Assembly: GCA_963816355.1 (NCBI GenBank)
Contig: CAWFKH010000003.1
Location: forward strand, 1,376,001-1,440,000
Direction of reading: 5' to 3'
Length of the DNA: 64,000 nucleotides
DNA from: an uncultured Gemmatimonadales bacterium
GTDB taxonomy: Bacteria; Gemmatimonadota; Gemmatimonadetes; Longimicrobiales; RSA9
Position 1 is the first letter of the stretch, and each line of letters starts with the position of its first letter. A program made the translations under genes and the position numbers. This document shows, piece by piece, positions 28,877 through 37,847 of this stretch. The notes beneath the pieces were generated by a model, which was given only the letters and a program-made list of their open reading frames with translations, searched no databases and was not told the DNA's origin.

Positions 28877-30485
28877 GGCCGGCGACCTCGAGGTTCTTCC
28901 GCACGACGTCGTTGTCCGGGTTCAGCTCGAGCGCCCGCCGCCACGACGCGACGGCCGCCTCCGTCTCGCGCCGCTTGAAATGGAGGTTGCCGAGGCGAGC
29001 ATACACGTCGTCGCCGAGGGCGGGAGCGAGGCGGACGGCGCGGCGGAAGTGGTCGAGCGCCTCCTCGTGCTGGCCGCGCCGGTAGGCGATGTCGCCCAGG
29101 TTCTTCTGCGCCTGCGGGAGCGCGGGGTCCTCTTCCGCGGCGCGTCGGTTCATGTTCTCCGCCTCGTCGAGGTCCCCCCGCCGCTCCGCGAGGCAGCCGG
29201 CGAGCACGAGGAGCGGGGAGCTGTCGGGGTGCCTCGAGAGCCCCTCCGCGACGACGGCGTCGGCGTCGGCGAGCCGGCCGCGCAGCGCGTGCGCAAGCGC
29301 GAGCGCGTGGAAATAGGCGGCGCCCGGGACGGCGGCGCCCAGACGCGAACGGTGCGCCCGCAAATCGTCCTCCGCGGCACGCGCGGCGCCGGAGCGCAGG
29401 TGGATGGACGCGCGCAGGAGCGGAACTTCAGGGCGCTCCGCGCCTCTTTCCTCCGCCTGGCCGAGGGCGAGCAGCGCCTCGGAATCGCGGCCGAGGCCCG
29501 CGAGCGCGACGGCGATATGGTAGAAAGCGAAGTAGGAGGGTCCGGTCGTCTCGACGATGCGCTTGAGGCGCCGCAGCGCCTCGATCCAGCGCCGCTCGTG
29601 CAGCGCGATGAGCGCGAGGTGGAGGCGCGCGACGCGATCCTCGGCGCGCAGGGTGAGGACGCGTTCGAACTCGCGGCGCGCGTCGACGTGGAGACCGCTG
29701 CGGAAGAACGCAACCCCGAGGTTGCGGTGCTCCTCGATCTCCGCCTCCCGCGCCCGCGGCAGGGGCGGGGCGGCGCGACGGCTGCTGCGGACTGCGAATC
29801 CCGCCTGCAGCAGCCCGTAGACCGCCTTGCCGACCTCGAACTCGACGAGCCCGCTCACATCCGCGACGTCGCGCAGCGTGCGGTGCCCGTCGACGAACGG
29901 GATGATCTGCCGCTGCGACTCGGTGAGCTCGACGTCCGCGCCGCGCAAGCGGTCGTGGTCGATGCGGAAGACGAGGTCGAGCGAAGGGATCTTCTTCTCG
30001 ATCACGCTCCACTCGTCGACGCGTCGTGCTCCCTCCAGCAGGAGCGTCTCCGGATTGATCGCCACGAGGATGTCGGCGTCGTCCGGGCGCTCGTCCGATT
30101 CGAAGAAGAAGCTGCCGCGAGACCACGTGAACAGGTAGTAGATCGCCTCCTGGATCTGCAGGCGGATGAAGCGCTCGAGCTGGTCGCGCGTGATGCGGCT
30201 GCGTTCCAGGAGGATCTGACCGAGCCGCGCCTCCGGCCGCCGCCCCTGTTCCGCCACCGCATCCTGCAGCGTCGCGTGGTCGATGATGCCGGCGCCCACC
30301 AGCAGGTCCCCGAGCCGGTCGCGTCGATTGACGATGCGCGCGTACGTCACGCGTCCGCGGTCGAAATAGATCTGGCCGAAGTTGGAGCGATCGGTCACGG
30401 ACAGGCAGCCGGTCTTGCCGCCGAGCGCCAGGAGCTGGCACACGTCCGCCAGACTCGCTTCCCGGAGGCTCCCCTTGATCGCCAT
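28866..30485 (-). CDS. DUF4388 (PATAN-like) + MshEN-like motif + TPR protein
   Basis: IKGSLREASLADVCQLL...KTGCL; W..GSFFF; LLLEGARRVDEW; C-terminal TPRs. Confidence 0.85.
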   Translation of the reverse strand: MAIKGSLREASLADVCQLLALGGKTGCLSVTDRSNFGQIYFDRGRVTYARIVNRRDRLGDLLVGAGIIDHATLQDAVAEQGRRPEARLGQILLERSRITRDQLERFIRLQIQEAIYYLFTWSRGSFFFESDERPDDADILVAINPETLLLEGARRVDEWSVIEKKIPSLDLVFRIDHDRLRGADVELTESQRQIIPFVDGHRTLRDVADVSGLVEFEVGKAVYGLLQAGFAVRSSRRAAPPLPRAREAEIEEHRNLGVAFFRSGLHVDARREFERVLTLRAEDRVARLHLALIALHERRWIEALRRLKRIVETTGPSYFAFYHIAVALAGLGRDSEALLALGQAEERGAERPEVPLLRASIHLRSGAARAAEDDLRAHRSRLGAAVPGAAYFHALALAHALRGRLADADAVVAEGLSRHPDSSPLLVLAGCLAERRGDLDEAENMNRRAAEEDPALPQAQKNLGDIAYRRGQHEEALDHFRRAVRLAPALGDDVYARLGNLHFKRRETEAAVASWRRALELNPDNDVVRKNLEVAGHAR

Positions 30486-30486
30486 C

Positions 30487-32409
30487 TCAGTCGACGTCCG
30501 CGAGGAGGATGTCCTCCATGTACGGCCACTCCCACACCACCTTCTCGCGGCTGCGGAACCACTCGTCCAGCCGGGCGCCTCCGCCGACCACCGCCGGCGC
30601 GGCCCCGCGCCCACCCTCGCCCGGCGCGCGACGCGAGGCAGGGTCCTTCGCCGTCGCCGCCGCGGAGCCGGCGCGAGGCGGTGATCCCGGGCCGGTCCGT
30701 GGGGCCGCCACGCGACCGGCGCCCGACGCCGCGGCACCGTCGGCGCGAACGCCCGGGTCGGGGGGCATCGCGGCCGCCCAGGCGGCGTCCACGGCGGTGT
30801 CGACCGGCTCCTCGACCTCGACCACGAGGCCGGCAGCGAGACGCGTTCTCAGTCGTTCATCCATGCCGACCAGACTCGCCGGCGGGGCCGCGGCGGAGAA
30901 CACGAGCTGGCCGCCGCTGCGCTGCAGGGCGTCGAAGAGGTGGAAGAGCTCTTCCTGGGCCCGTTCGGTCCCCGCCAGCGCGTCGACGCGCTCGACGACC
31001 AGCACGCGGGCCCGGCGGTAGCGCTGGCGCCAGCTCTCCGCGCGGTTGTGCTCGAGGGAACGGATCAGCTCGGCCGCGAAGTTCGGTGCTTCGATGTACG
31101 CGAGTGGCAGATCCGGGTGCCGGCGCGCGATCTGCTTCGCGAGCGCGACGAGGAGCGCGCGCGACGCGGCGTCGTCGCTTGCGTGGACGAAGAGCGGATT
31201 GTAGCGCTCACCCGGCCTCTCCGCGACGGCGAGGGCGGCACGGGCGGCGAGGGATCCGGTGTCGAGGGCCGCTGCTTCCGGGCCGATCTCCGCGGGCGGC
31301 CCAGGCAGCGGAAGCATCCTCTCGCGCGCTTCCGCCAGCAGCTGCTCGGCCGCGGCGATGCGATCCGGGTCGCGCAGGATCTCGTGGCGCGCCAGCTCCG
31401 GCCCGTCGGGGTCGAGCGCCTGCAGCTCGCCCCCGACCTCGCGCAGGCGTTCGACGTCGCGCTCGAAGGCACGCACGAGCACCTCGACCTCGGCGAGCGG
31501 CAGCGCTTCCGGCAGCGCGTGCTCCAGCCGACGCGTGCGGTATCCCTCGGCCTCCCAGCGGAGGATGGCGTCGGCGAGCTGCTGCTCGCCCGGCGCCGGC
31601 GCGATCACCTGGGCGACGGCCTCGGTGATGTCGGCGATGAACGCGCCGAACTCATCGCCGGCGTCGCTGGCGCCGGCGGCGGCGGCGGGGCGGCCGAGCA
31701 GGTCGAAGACCTCGTCCGCCAGCACGCGGCGGTCCTCCAGCTCCTGCAGGGCGACGACGCGGTTGAGCGCGCCGTGCAGCTCGCGGACGTTGGTGAACGA
31801 GATGCGCGCGAGCGCTTCCGCGACGCCGTCCTCGAGGAGCTGCGTCGATTCGGCCGCCTTGCGCCGGATGATCGCGACGCGCGTCTCGTAGTCCGGCGCT
31901 CCCATGTCCACGATGAGGCCGCCCGAGAAGCGGGAGAGGAGGCGGTCGTCCAGGCCATCCATCTCCTGGGGCGGCCGGTCGCTGGCGAGCACGAGCTGGC
32001 CGCCGCGGGCGGAGAGCTCGTCCCAGGCGCGCAGCAGCTCCTCCTGCGTGCGATGCCTGCCCGCGAGAAACTGGACGTCGTCGAGGAGGAGCAGACCCGT
32101 CCCGGCGATGCGCGAGCGGAACGCGTCTCGATCGCCCGCCTCGATCGCCGCGGTGACGTCCTCCATCAACCGCTCGAGCGCGACGTAGCGGGTGCGGAGA
32201 TCCGGGTGCGCGACCGCCGCCTGATTGCCGATCGCCGTCACCAGGTGCGTCTTCCCCAGGCCGGACGCGCTGTAGAGGAAGAGCGGGTTGTACGTCGTGC
32301 CCGGCACTTCCGCGACGCGGCGCGACGCCGCCGCGGCCAGGCGGTTCGCCGCGCCGACGACGAACGTCTCGAAAGTGAAGCGGGGGTCGAGCTCGTCGCT
32401 CACGGCCAC
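30487..32409 (-). CDS. Tandem DnaA-like AAA+ protein lacking DnaA domains I and IV
   Basis: FTFETFVVG..NRLA, YNPLFLY.ASGLGKTHL, LLLLDDVQ, TQEEL, SRF, NVRELHGAL; second copy YNPLFVH..AQEELFHLFD..RLRTRL. Confidence 0.88.
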   Translation of the reverse strand: MAVSDELDPRFTFETFVVGAANRLAAAASRRVAEVPGTTYNPLFLYSASGLGKTHLVTAIGNQAAVAHPDLRTRYVALERLMEDVTAAIEAGDRDAFRSRIAGTGLLLLDDVQFLAGRHRTQEELLRAWDELSARGGQLVLASDRPPQEMDGLDDRLLSRFSGGLIVDMGAPDYETRVAIIRRKAAESTQLLEDGVAEALARISFTNVRELHGALNRVVALQELEDRRVLADEVFDLLGRPAAAAGASDAGDEFGAFIADITEAVAQVIAPAPGEQQLADAILRWEAEGYRTRRLEHALPEALPLAEVEVLVRAFERDVERLREVGGELQALDPDGPELARHEILRDPDRIAAAEQLLAEARERMLPLPGPPAEIGPEAAALDTGSLAARAALAVAERPGERYNPLFVHASDDAASRALLVALAKQIARRHPDLPLAYIEAPNFAAELIRSLEHNRAESWRQRYRRARVLVVERVDALAGTERAQEELFHLFDALQRSGGQLVFSAAAPPASLVGMDERLRTRLAAGLVVEVEEPVDTAVDAAWAAAMPPDPGVRADGAAASGAGRVAAPRTGPGSPPRAGSAAATAKDPASRRAPGEGGRGAAPAVVGGGARLDEWFRSREKVVWEWPYMEDILLADVD

Positions 32410-32906
32410 CGGCCTCCGGACTCCGGCCCGTCGTACGGCAGCACCCGGCGCACGCCCGCCTCGAGGTCCCCCTCGAAGCTCCGCGCGTCCGCGCTCGGCC
32501 GCGCCACCCGGAACGCGGAGAGCGAGCGGATGCGCTCGGCGAGGCGCTCGTAGAAGAGCTGGGCCAGGCCGATCGACGAGTCGCGATCGAAGATCGCCAC
32601 GAGGATTAGCTCGCCCGCCGGAACCGTGAGCGGCGCGAGCAGAAGATGCCGCTCCTCGCCGGCGTGATACGTGTTCAGCCAGCGCGGCCGGCCCGTGATG
32701 CGCGCGAGCATCCCCGCCGCAGCGTGCGCCGCCGCCGCGAGCGAAGCCACGTTCACGATCTGGAGGCGGCCGCGGAAGCCGTGTTGCGCCACGACCTGGC
32801 CGCTGCTGCTGACGAGCAGCGCCACGCGCACACGGCTCTCGCGGACGAACTCCGCGATCGGCTCCCGCACCGCTTCGACGACGAGCGGCAGATCGCTCTC
32901 TCTCAC
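32400..32906 (-). CDS. Roadblock/LC7 protein, MglB-like
   Basis: ALLVSSSGQVVAQHG..VASLAAA..LA...LVAIFDRDSSIGL pattern typical of MglB. Confidence 0.75.
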   Translation of the reverse strand: MRESDLPLVVEAVREPIAEFVRESRVRVALLVSSSGQVVAQHGFRGRLQIVNVASLAAAAHAAAGMLARITGRPRWLNTYHAGEERHLLLAPLTVPAGELILVAIFDRDSSIGLAQLFYERLAERIRSLSAFRVARPSADARSFEGDLEAGVRRVLPYDGPESGGRWP

Positions 32907-33253
32907 GACAGCGCCTCCATGGCGCGCCGCGCCTCTAGCCGCACCAGCCCGAGCGGCGCCCGGGCGTCGGCGAGGACGACGACGGCGAGGCCGCGCGGCG
33001 CCATGACGGCCACCAGCTGCCCGTGCTCGGAGACGACCTGGACCGCGCGCAGGCCACCCAGTCCCGGCGCTTCCGTGGCGCGCGCCGCGCGCCGCAGCAG
33101 CGATCCCGCGAGAGCGGCCAGGGCGCCTCCCTCGACGTCCGCCTGCAGCTCGCCGGCGACCGGCACGCCCGCCTCGCAGTCGATCACGAGCGCCCCCCGG
33201 ACGCCTGGCACCCGCGTCAACCGGTCGAGCGACCCGCTGAATTCCCCGCTCAT
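32903..33253 (-). CDS. Roadblock/LC7 protein
   Basis: VPGVRGALVID..G..VA...ALAAL...GLG.L..V...G.L...LGLVRLE. Confidence 0.8.
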   Translation of the reverse strand: MSGEFSGSLDRLTRVPGVRGALVIDCEAGVPVAGELQADVEGGALAALAGSLLRRAARATEAPGLGGLRAVQVVSEHGQLVAVMAPRGLAVVVLADARAPLGLVRLEARRAMEALS

Positions 33254-34215
33254 GCGTCTCCCTCCAGAAAACGGCGTCCGATCTCCGCCGCGCGCTGCGC
33301 CGTACGTCCCACCCACCCCGCCGGCGCGTCCGGCGCCACCGCCACGACGAGCACGTGACCGTCGTCGATCACGGTCGCGTCGAGCACGGCGCCCTCCGCC
33401 TCCATCACGAGGCGCTCCCAGCGTCCCATGCGCAGGTGCGCCGCGGCGCGGGCGGCTTCGTCGAGAGCGGGCCCCAGCACCGCGCCCAGCGCTTCCGCCG
33501 CGCCATCGCCATCGTCCAGCCGCCCCGCGACCACCAGCCCGTCCGCGTCGATCATCACCGCGCCCCGGAACGGGCGCTCCCGTGAGAGCGCCTCGAAGAG
33601 GCGCGTCGGATCCAGCGACGACGCCCGCGCCGCTGCGGATGCGCCCTCCGGCCCGGGCGGCGCCGCGGCTTCCGCGGCCGGCCCGAGCGGCACGGCTCGC
33701 TCCGGCGGGAATGCGCTCACCGGCGCCGGCGACGTCGCGGCTTCCAACGCCGGCGCCGGCCCCGCGGGCTCGACGTCGCGGCCGGCGGCGGCGGCTTCCC
33801 CGCCCTGCCGCTCCCGCAGGAGGGCCACGGCGCCCGCGACGGTGCGGTCGCCGGGTCTCAGGGAGAGGGCGCGCAGGAGGTGCTGCTCGGCGTCGTCGAG
33901 GTCACCCTGCTGGAGCGCGGAGAAGCCGAGCCCGCGGTGCGCCTCGAAGTTGTCCGGATCGAGCCGCGCGACGGTCGCCCATTCGTCGGCCGCCCGCTCG
34001 CGCTGGCCGGCGGCGAGGTGGAGGCGTCCGAGAAGCGCATGGGCGTCGACGTGGAGCGGGTGGTGGGCGAGGCCGCGCAGGCACACGCGAAGCGCAGCGT
34101 CGTGGCGGCCCTGGCGCATGTACACCTCCGCCAGGCGGATGAAGGAGGGCGCGCCCGGGTCGCGGGCGACCTCGTCGCTCCAGCGCTGGTAGTCGGTCGG
34201 GGATACGGTCGTCAT
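33250..34215 (-). CDS. TPR + Roadblock/LC7 fusion protein
   Basis: N-terminal TPRs, Pro/Ala linker, then RGAVMIDADGLVVAG roadblock domain. Confidence 0.8.
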   Translation of the reverse strand: MTTVSPTDYQRWSDEVARDPGAPSFIRLAEVYMRQGRHDAALRVCLRGLAHHPLHVDAHALLGRLHLAAGQRERAADEWATVARLDPDNFEAHRGLGFSALQQGDLDDAEQHLLRALSLRPGDRTVAGAVALLRERQGGEAAAAGRDVEPAGPAPALEAATSPAPVSAFPPERAVPLGPAAEAAAPPGPEGASAAARASSLDPTRLFEALSRERPFRGAVMIDADGLVVAGRLDDGDGAAEALGAVLGPALDEAARAAAHLRMGRWERLVMEAEGAVLDATVIDDGHVLVVAVAPDAPAGWVGRTAQRAAEIGRRFLEGDA

Positions 34216-35345
34216 GATTCGTCGGCCGAGGGGAGTTCCAGGACTTCGATGAGCGTGCGCACCGCCGCGAGTCCGCGCTCGACGTCGTCGCATTGCGGCT
34301 CGCCGGGCGCCAGTCGAAGGTACAGCCGCCACGCCGCCGCCGCCCGTGTGAAGTCGCCGATGCGCGTGGCGGCGCGGCCGAGGTGAAGGTGGCCGGCGGC
34401 GTCGAGCGGGTCCAGCGCCACGGAGCGCGCGAACGCTTCCGTCGCCGCACGCAGGCGCCCCTGGGCGGCGAGCGCGAGACCGGCGACGAGCGCCACCTCG
34501 GCGCGGTCCGGATGACTCGCCTCGAGCTCCTCCGCGAGCCGCTCGGCGCGCTCCCCTTCGCCGTGCGCGAGGAGCGTCTCCGCCTCCGCGAGACGGGCGC
34601 GCAGCGCGTGCTCCGGGATGCGGGAATGGCGCTCCTCCACCCGAACGACGCCGTTGCTGACGAGGCCGAAGACGATGCGGCCGACGTCGAACGTGCTGCG
34701 CCCGAGCTCCGCGGCGATGCGCGCGATGTCGCGTTCGCCGTCGATCTCCGCGAGGACCTCCCACTCCTCCGCGCGCAGCTCGAGCGGGCCGCCACGCGAT
34801 ACGTCGGCGGGTGCGAGCACCGGCACCGACTGCAGGCTCGGGATCCTGGACTCGAGGCGGCTCCACTCGTCGACACGGCGGGCGCCTTCCATGAGGAGCG
34901 ACTCGACCGACAGGCGGACCGGCACGGCGCCGTGGAAGACGTCGGCGCGCTCCTCGAAGCGGAAGTGCCCCTCCTCCCAGCCGATCAGGTCGTGAACGGT
35001 CTCGGTGAGCTGGAACGCGAGCTGGCCGGCCAGATCGTTCTCCGCCACGCTGCCCATCTCCACCAGGATCTCGCTCAGGTGACGGTGCGGGTCGCGCCGC
35101 TGCAGCGCGAGCGCGCGCTCCAACTCCCGCTCCGTCAGCTTGCCGGAGCGGAGGAGCTGCTGGCCGAGGCGGCGGCCGGAACGGCGCCGGCGCGCGAATA
35201 CGATCCGTCCCCGCTCCAGGTGCAGCACGCCCTCGTCGTTCTCGCGCTCCGAGCGCACGGTGAGCACACCGGTCTTGCCGGCGAGCTCCAGGAGCTGAAG
35301 CACGTCCTGCAGGCTCAGCTCGCGCAGCGGTCCTTCGATCGGCAT
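34212..35345 (-). CDS. DUF4388 (PATAN-like) + MshEN-like motif + TPR protein
   Basis: IEGPLRELSLQDVLQLL..KTGVL; WEEGHFRF; LLMEGARRVDEW; C-terminal TPRs. Confidence 0.85.
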   Translation of the reverse strand: MPIEGPLRELSLQDVLQLLELAGKTGVLTVRSERENDEGVLHLERGRIVFARRRRSGRRLGQQLLRSGKLTERELERALALQRRDPHRHLSEILVEMGSVAENDLAGQLAFQLTETVHDLIGWEEGHFRFEERADVFHGAVPVRLSVESLLMEGARRVDEWSRLESRIPSLQSVPVLAPADVSRGGPLELRAEEWEVLAEIDGERDIARIAAELGRSTFDVGRIVFGLVSNGVVRVEERHSRIPEHALRARLAEAETLLAHGEGERAERLAEELEASHPDRAEVALVAGLALAAQGRLRAATEAFARSVALDPLDAAGHLHLGRAATRIGDFTRAAAAWRLYLRLAPGEPQCDDVERGLAAVRTLIEVLELPSADES

Positions 35346-35348
35346 CGG

Positions 35349-37847
35349 TCAGGCGTCCTCCGCCGCGGCGTCCGCACCATCGTCCGCGGTGCCCGCCGCG
35401 GCCCGCGTCGCGCGCCGCCGCGCGACCGCTGCCGCGTCCGCTCGCCCCGCGCGGTCGAGGACGCGCGCCAGCTCGCCGAGTGCGCGGGCCGAGTGAGGGT
35501 CCGCGATGAGCACATCCGAGAGCGCTTCGATCGCGCGCGCGTGGTTGCCCCGCGCGGACTCCAGTCGGGAGAGCGCCAGCCCGGCATCGGTGTAGCCGGG
35601 CAGGAGCGACAGCGCGGTCTCGAAGTGCGCCGCGGCTTCCGCCTCGCGGCCGCCCGACGCCAGGACGCGGCCCAGCCCCGTGTGCGCCGCGGGGCTTTCC
35701 GGGTCCAGATCGAGCGCCGTCGCGAACGCCCGGCCCGCTGCCGCGGCATCGCCCGCCGCCCTGTGCCCTTCACCCAGCGCCGCCCACGCCGCGGCGTCGT
35801 CTCCGGCGAGGGCCACCGCCCGCTCCAGCGACGTCGCCGCCTCCGCGCCCGCGCCCGCGGCGAGCAGGGATTCGCCGAGGAGGCGGTGCGCGGAGGCGTC
35901 CGCGGGATCCAGGCGCGTGAGACGGAGCGCGGCGTCGCGCGCGGCGCCCACCTCGCCCAGCACGATCGAGCACCGCGCGAGCCCGCGCAGCGCGCGGCGG
36001 AGCGAGTCCGAGTCCAGGCCCGCCACCAATTCGCGCTCGAGAACGTGCCGGAAGCGCTCGGCCGCCCCGGCCGCTTCGCCCCGCGCGAGGAGCGCCTCGC
36101 CGAGGAGGAGCAGCGGCCGGACGTCGTGCGGGCTCACGGCAAGCGCCTCGGCCGCCAGCTCCGCTGCGCGCTCCGGCTGACCGCGCGCGAGCGCTGCCTC
36201 GGCCGCCTCGAGCGTCGGCGCCGATGGCGCCGACGGCTCGATCTCCGGCGCTGCAATCGGGATCCGCTCGTGTTGAAGCTCGATCAGCAGCGTGAAAGGG
36301 CCAGCACGCGCGGCCGCGTCCCGCAGGCCGAAGGCGGAGTCGACGCAGCGCGGGTCGATGCGCCGCGCCCGCGCGATCGCGTTGCGCGCTTCGGCGACGC
36401 GGCCCGCCTGCACCAGCGCGCCGCCGAGATCCAGCCACGCAGAAGCGTCCACCGTCGCGCCGTCTGCCGCGCGGCGGTAGGCGCGCACGGCCGCCTCGGC
36501 GCTGCCGCGGCGGACGAGCAGCAGCCCCAGGTTGCGCCACGCCTCCGGCGGCGAGTCGTCTTCGGCAGCGGCCGCGAGAAACGCCTCCTCCGCGCCCGCG
36601 GCGTCGCCTGCGTGGTGCAGCGCGACGCCAAGGTTGTTGCGTGCCGGGAGACACGCGCGATCCAACTCGAGTGCGCGGGCGTAGGCGCGGCGCGCGGAAG
36701 CCACGTCGCCGAGCAGGTGGGCGGCGACGCCGCTGTCGTTCCACAGGCTCGGGTCGCGGCGGCCCGCGGCGAGCAGCCGGCCGCACAGCTCCGCGGCGGC
36801 GGCCGCCTCGCCCCGAAGGAGTGCAAGCTCCACCTGAGCCCGGCCCACCAGCGCCGGATCCTCGCCTCGCTCCAGCGCCAGGCGAAGCTCCCGCTCCGCC
36901 TCGTCGCGCAGACCCCGTCGCCACAGCGCGACCGCCAGGTTGTAGTGGGCGAGGTGCCCCTGGCGAGGAGCCGCCGGGGCGCGTCCGCCGACCAGCTCGT
37001 CGAAGCGGGCCGCGCTGTAGCGGTCGAGGGAGAGGTTCGCCTCCGCCCGCGCGAAGCTCGGATTCAGCTCGGCGGCGCGGGCCGAGGCGGCCCGCGCGCT
37101 CTCCACATCGCCGAGGTCGCCGCAGACGAACGCGAGGAGGAGGAACGCCTGCGCCGCGGCCGGATCGAGGTGTACGGCACGCTCGAGCGCGACGCGCGCC
37201 GCCGCGGTCTGGCCGCGGTTGTACAGAATCTCGCCGGTCTGCAGCGCCACGGCTGCGCTCTCCGGTGCGAGCCGCGCCGCCTCCTCCAGGTGGGTCAGCG
37301 CGCGCTCCAGGTCGCCCGTCTCCCGCTCCGCGCGCGCGAGCAGGAGGCGCACGCCCATGTCGCGCGGAGCGGCGTCGCGGAGCGCGGCGAGCTCGTGGAC
37401 CGCCGCGGCGGCGTCGCCGGTGTGCAGATGGGCGAGCGCGAGACGGCGCCGCGCCGCGAGGTCGAGCGGATCCGCATCGAGGCGCGCCCGCAGCTCACCG
37501 ACGAGCTCGACGAAGTGACCCGTCTGGAAGTAGGCAACCTGCAGGTTGCGCCGCGCGACCTGCATGGAGGGATCGATCTCGAGGGCGTGCTCGAAGCGCT
37601 CGATCGCCTCCTCGACCATCCCCTTCTGGTAGTAGACGACGCCCAGATTGTTGTGGGCGCCGGCGTCGTAGGTCGGAACACGGCGGGCGAGCCCGCGCAG
37701 CAGCTCGATCTCGGACGGCGAGCCCGGCGGCGTCCGCCGGGCGCGGACCGGCCGCTCCTCGGCCATCGCCCACGGCGTTCCCGTGGACCCGGCGCCCTCC
37801 ACCCCTTCCCGCGCGCGAGGATCGGCCAAGGTGTTCTCCCGGCTCAC
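35349..37847 (-). CDS. Large TPR-repeat protein
   Basis: Many TPRs (AHNNLGVVYYQKG..EAI..FE.AL.IDP etc.); GTGA overlap with cheC. Confidence 0.88.
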   Translation of the reverse strand: MSRENTLADPRAREGVEGAGSTGTPWAMAEERPVRARRTPPGSPSEIELLRGLARRVPTYDAGAHNNLGVVYYQKGMVEEAIERFEHALEIDPSMQVARRNLQVAYFQTGHFVELVGELRARLDADPLDLAARRRLALAHLHTGDAAAAVHELAALRDAAPRDMGVRLLLARAERETGDLERALTHLEEAARLAPESAAVALQTGEILYNRGQTAAARVALERAVHLDPAAAQAFLLLAFVCGDLGDVESARAASARAAELNPSFARAEANLSLDRYSAARFDELVGGRAPAAPRQGHLAHYNLAVALWRRGLRDEAERELRLALERGEDPALVGRAQVELALLRGEAAAAAELCGRLLAAGRRDPSLWNDSGVAAHLLGDVASARRAYARALELDRACLPARNNLGVALHHAGDAAGAEEAFLAAAAEDDSPPEAWRNLGLLLVRRGSAEAAVRAYRRAADGATVDASAWLDLGGALVQAGRVAEARNAIARARRIDPRCVDSAFGLRDAAARAGPFTLLIELQHERIPIAAPEIEPSAPSAPTLEAAEAALARGQPERAAELAAEALAVSPHDVRPLLLLGEALLARGEAAGAAERFRHVLERELVAGLDSDSLRRALRGLARCSIVLGEVGAARDAALRLTRLDPADASAHRLLGESLLAAGAGAEAATSLERAVALAGDDAAAWAALGEGHRAAGDAAAAGRAFATALDLDPESPAAHTGLGRVLASGGREAEAAAHFETALSLLPGYTDAGLALSRLESARGNHARAIEALSDVLIADPHSARALGELARVLDRAGRADAAAVARRRATRAAAGTADDGADAAAEDA

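Noticed and set aside
30487..32409. Calling this gene dnaA, or the region oriC
   Set aside because: No domain IV HTH, no dnaN/gyrB context and no DnaA-box cluster seen
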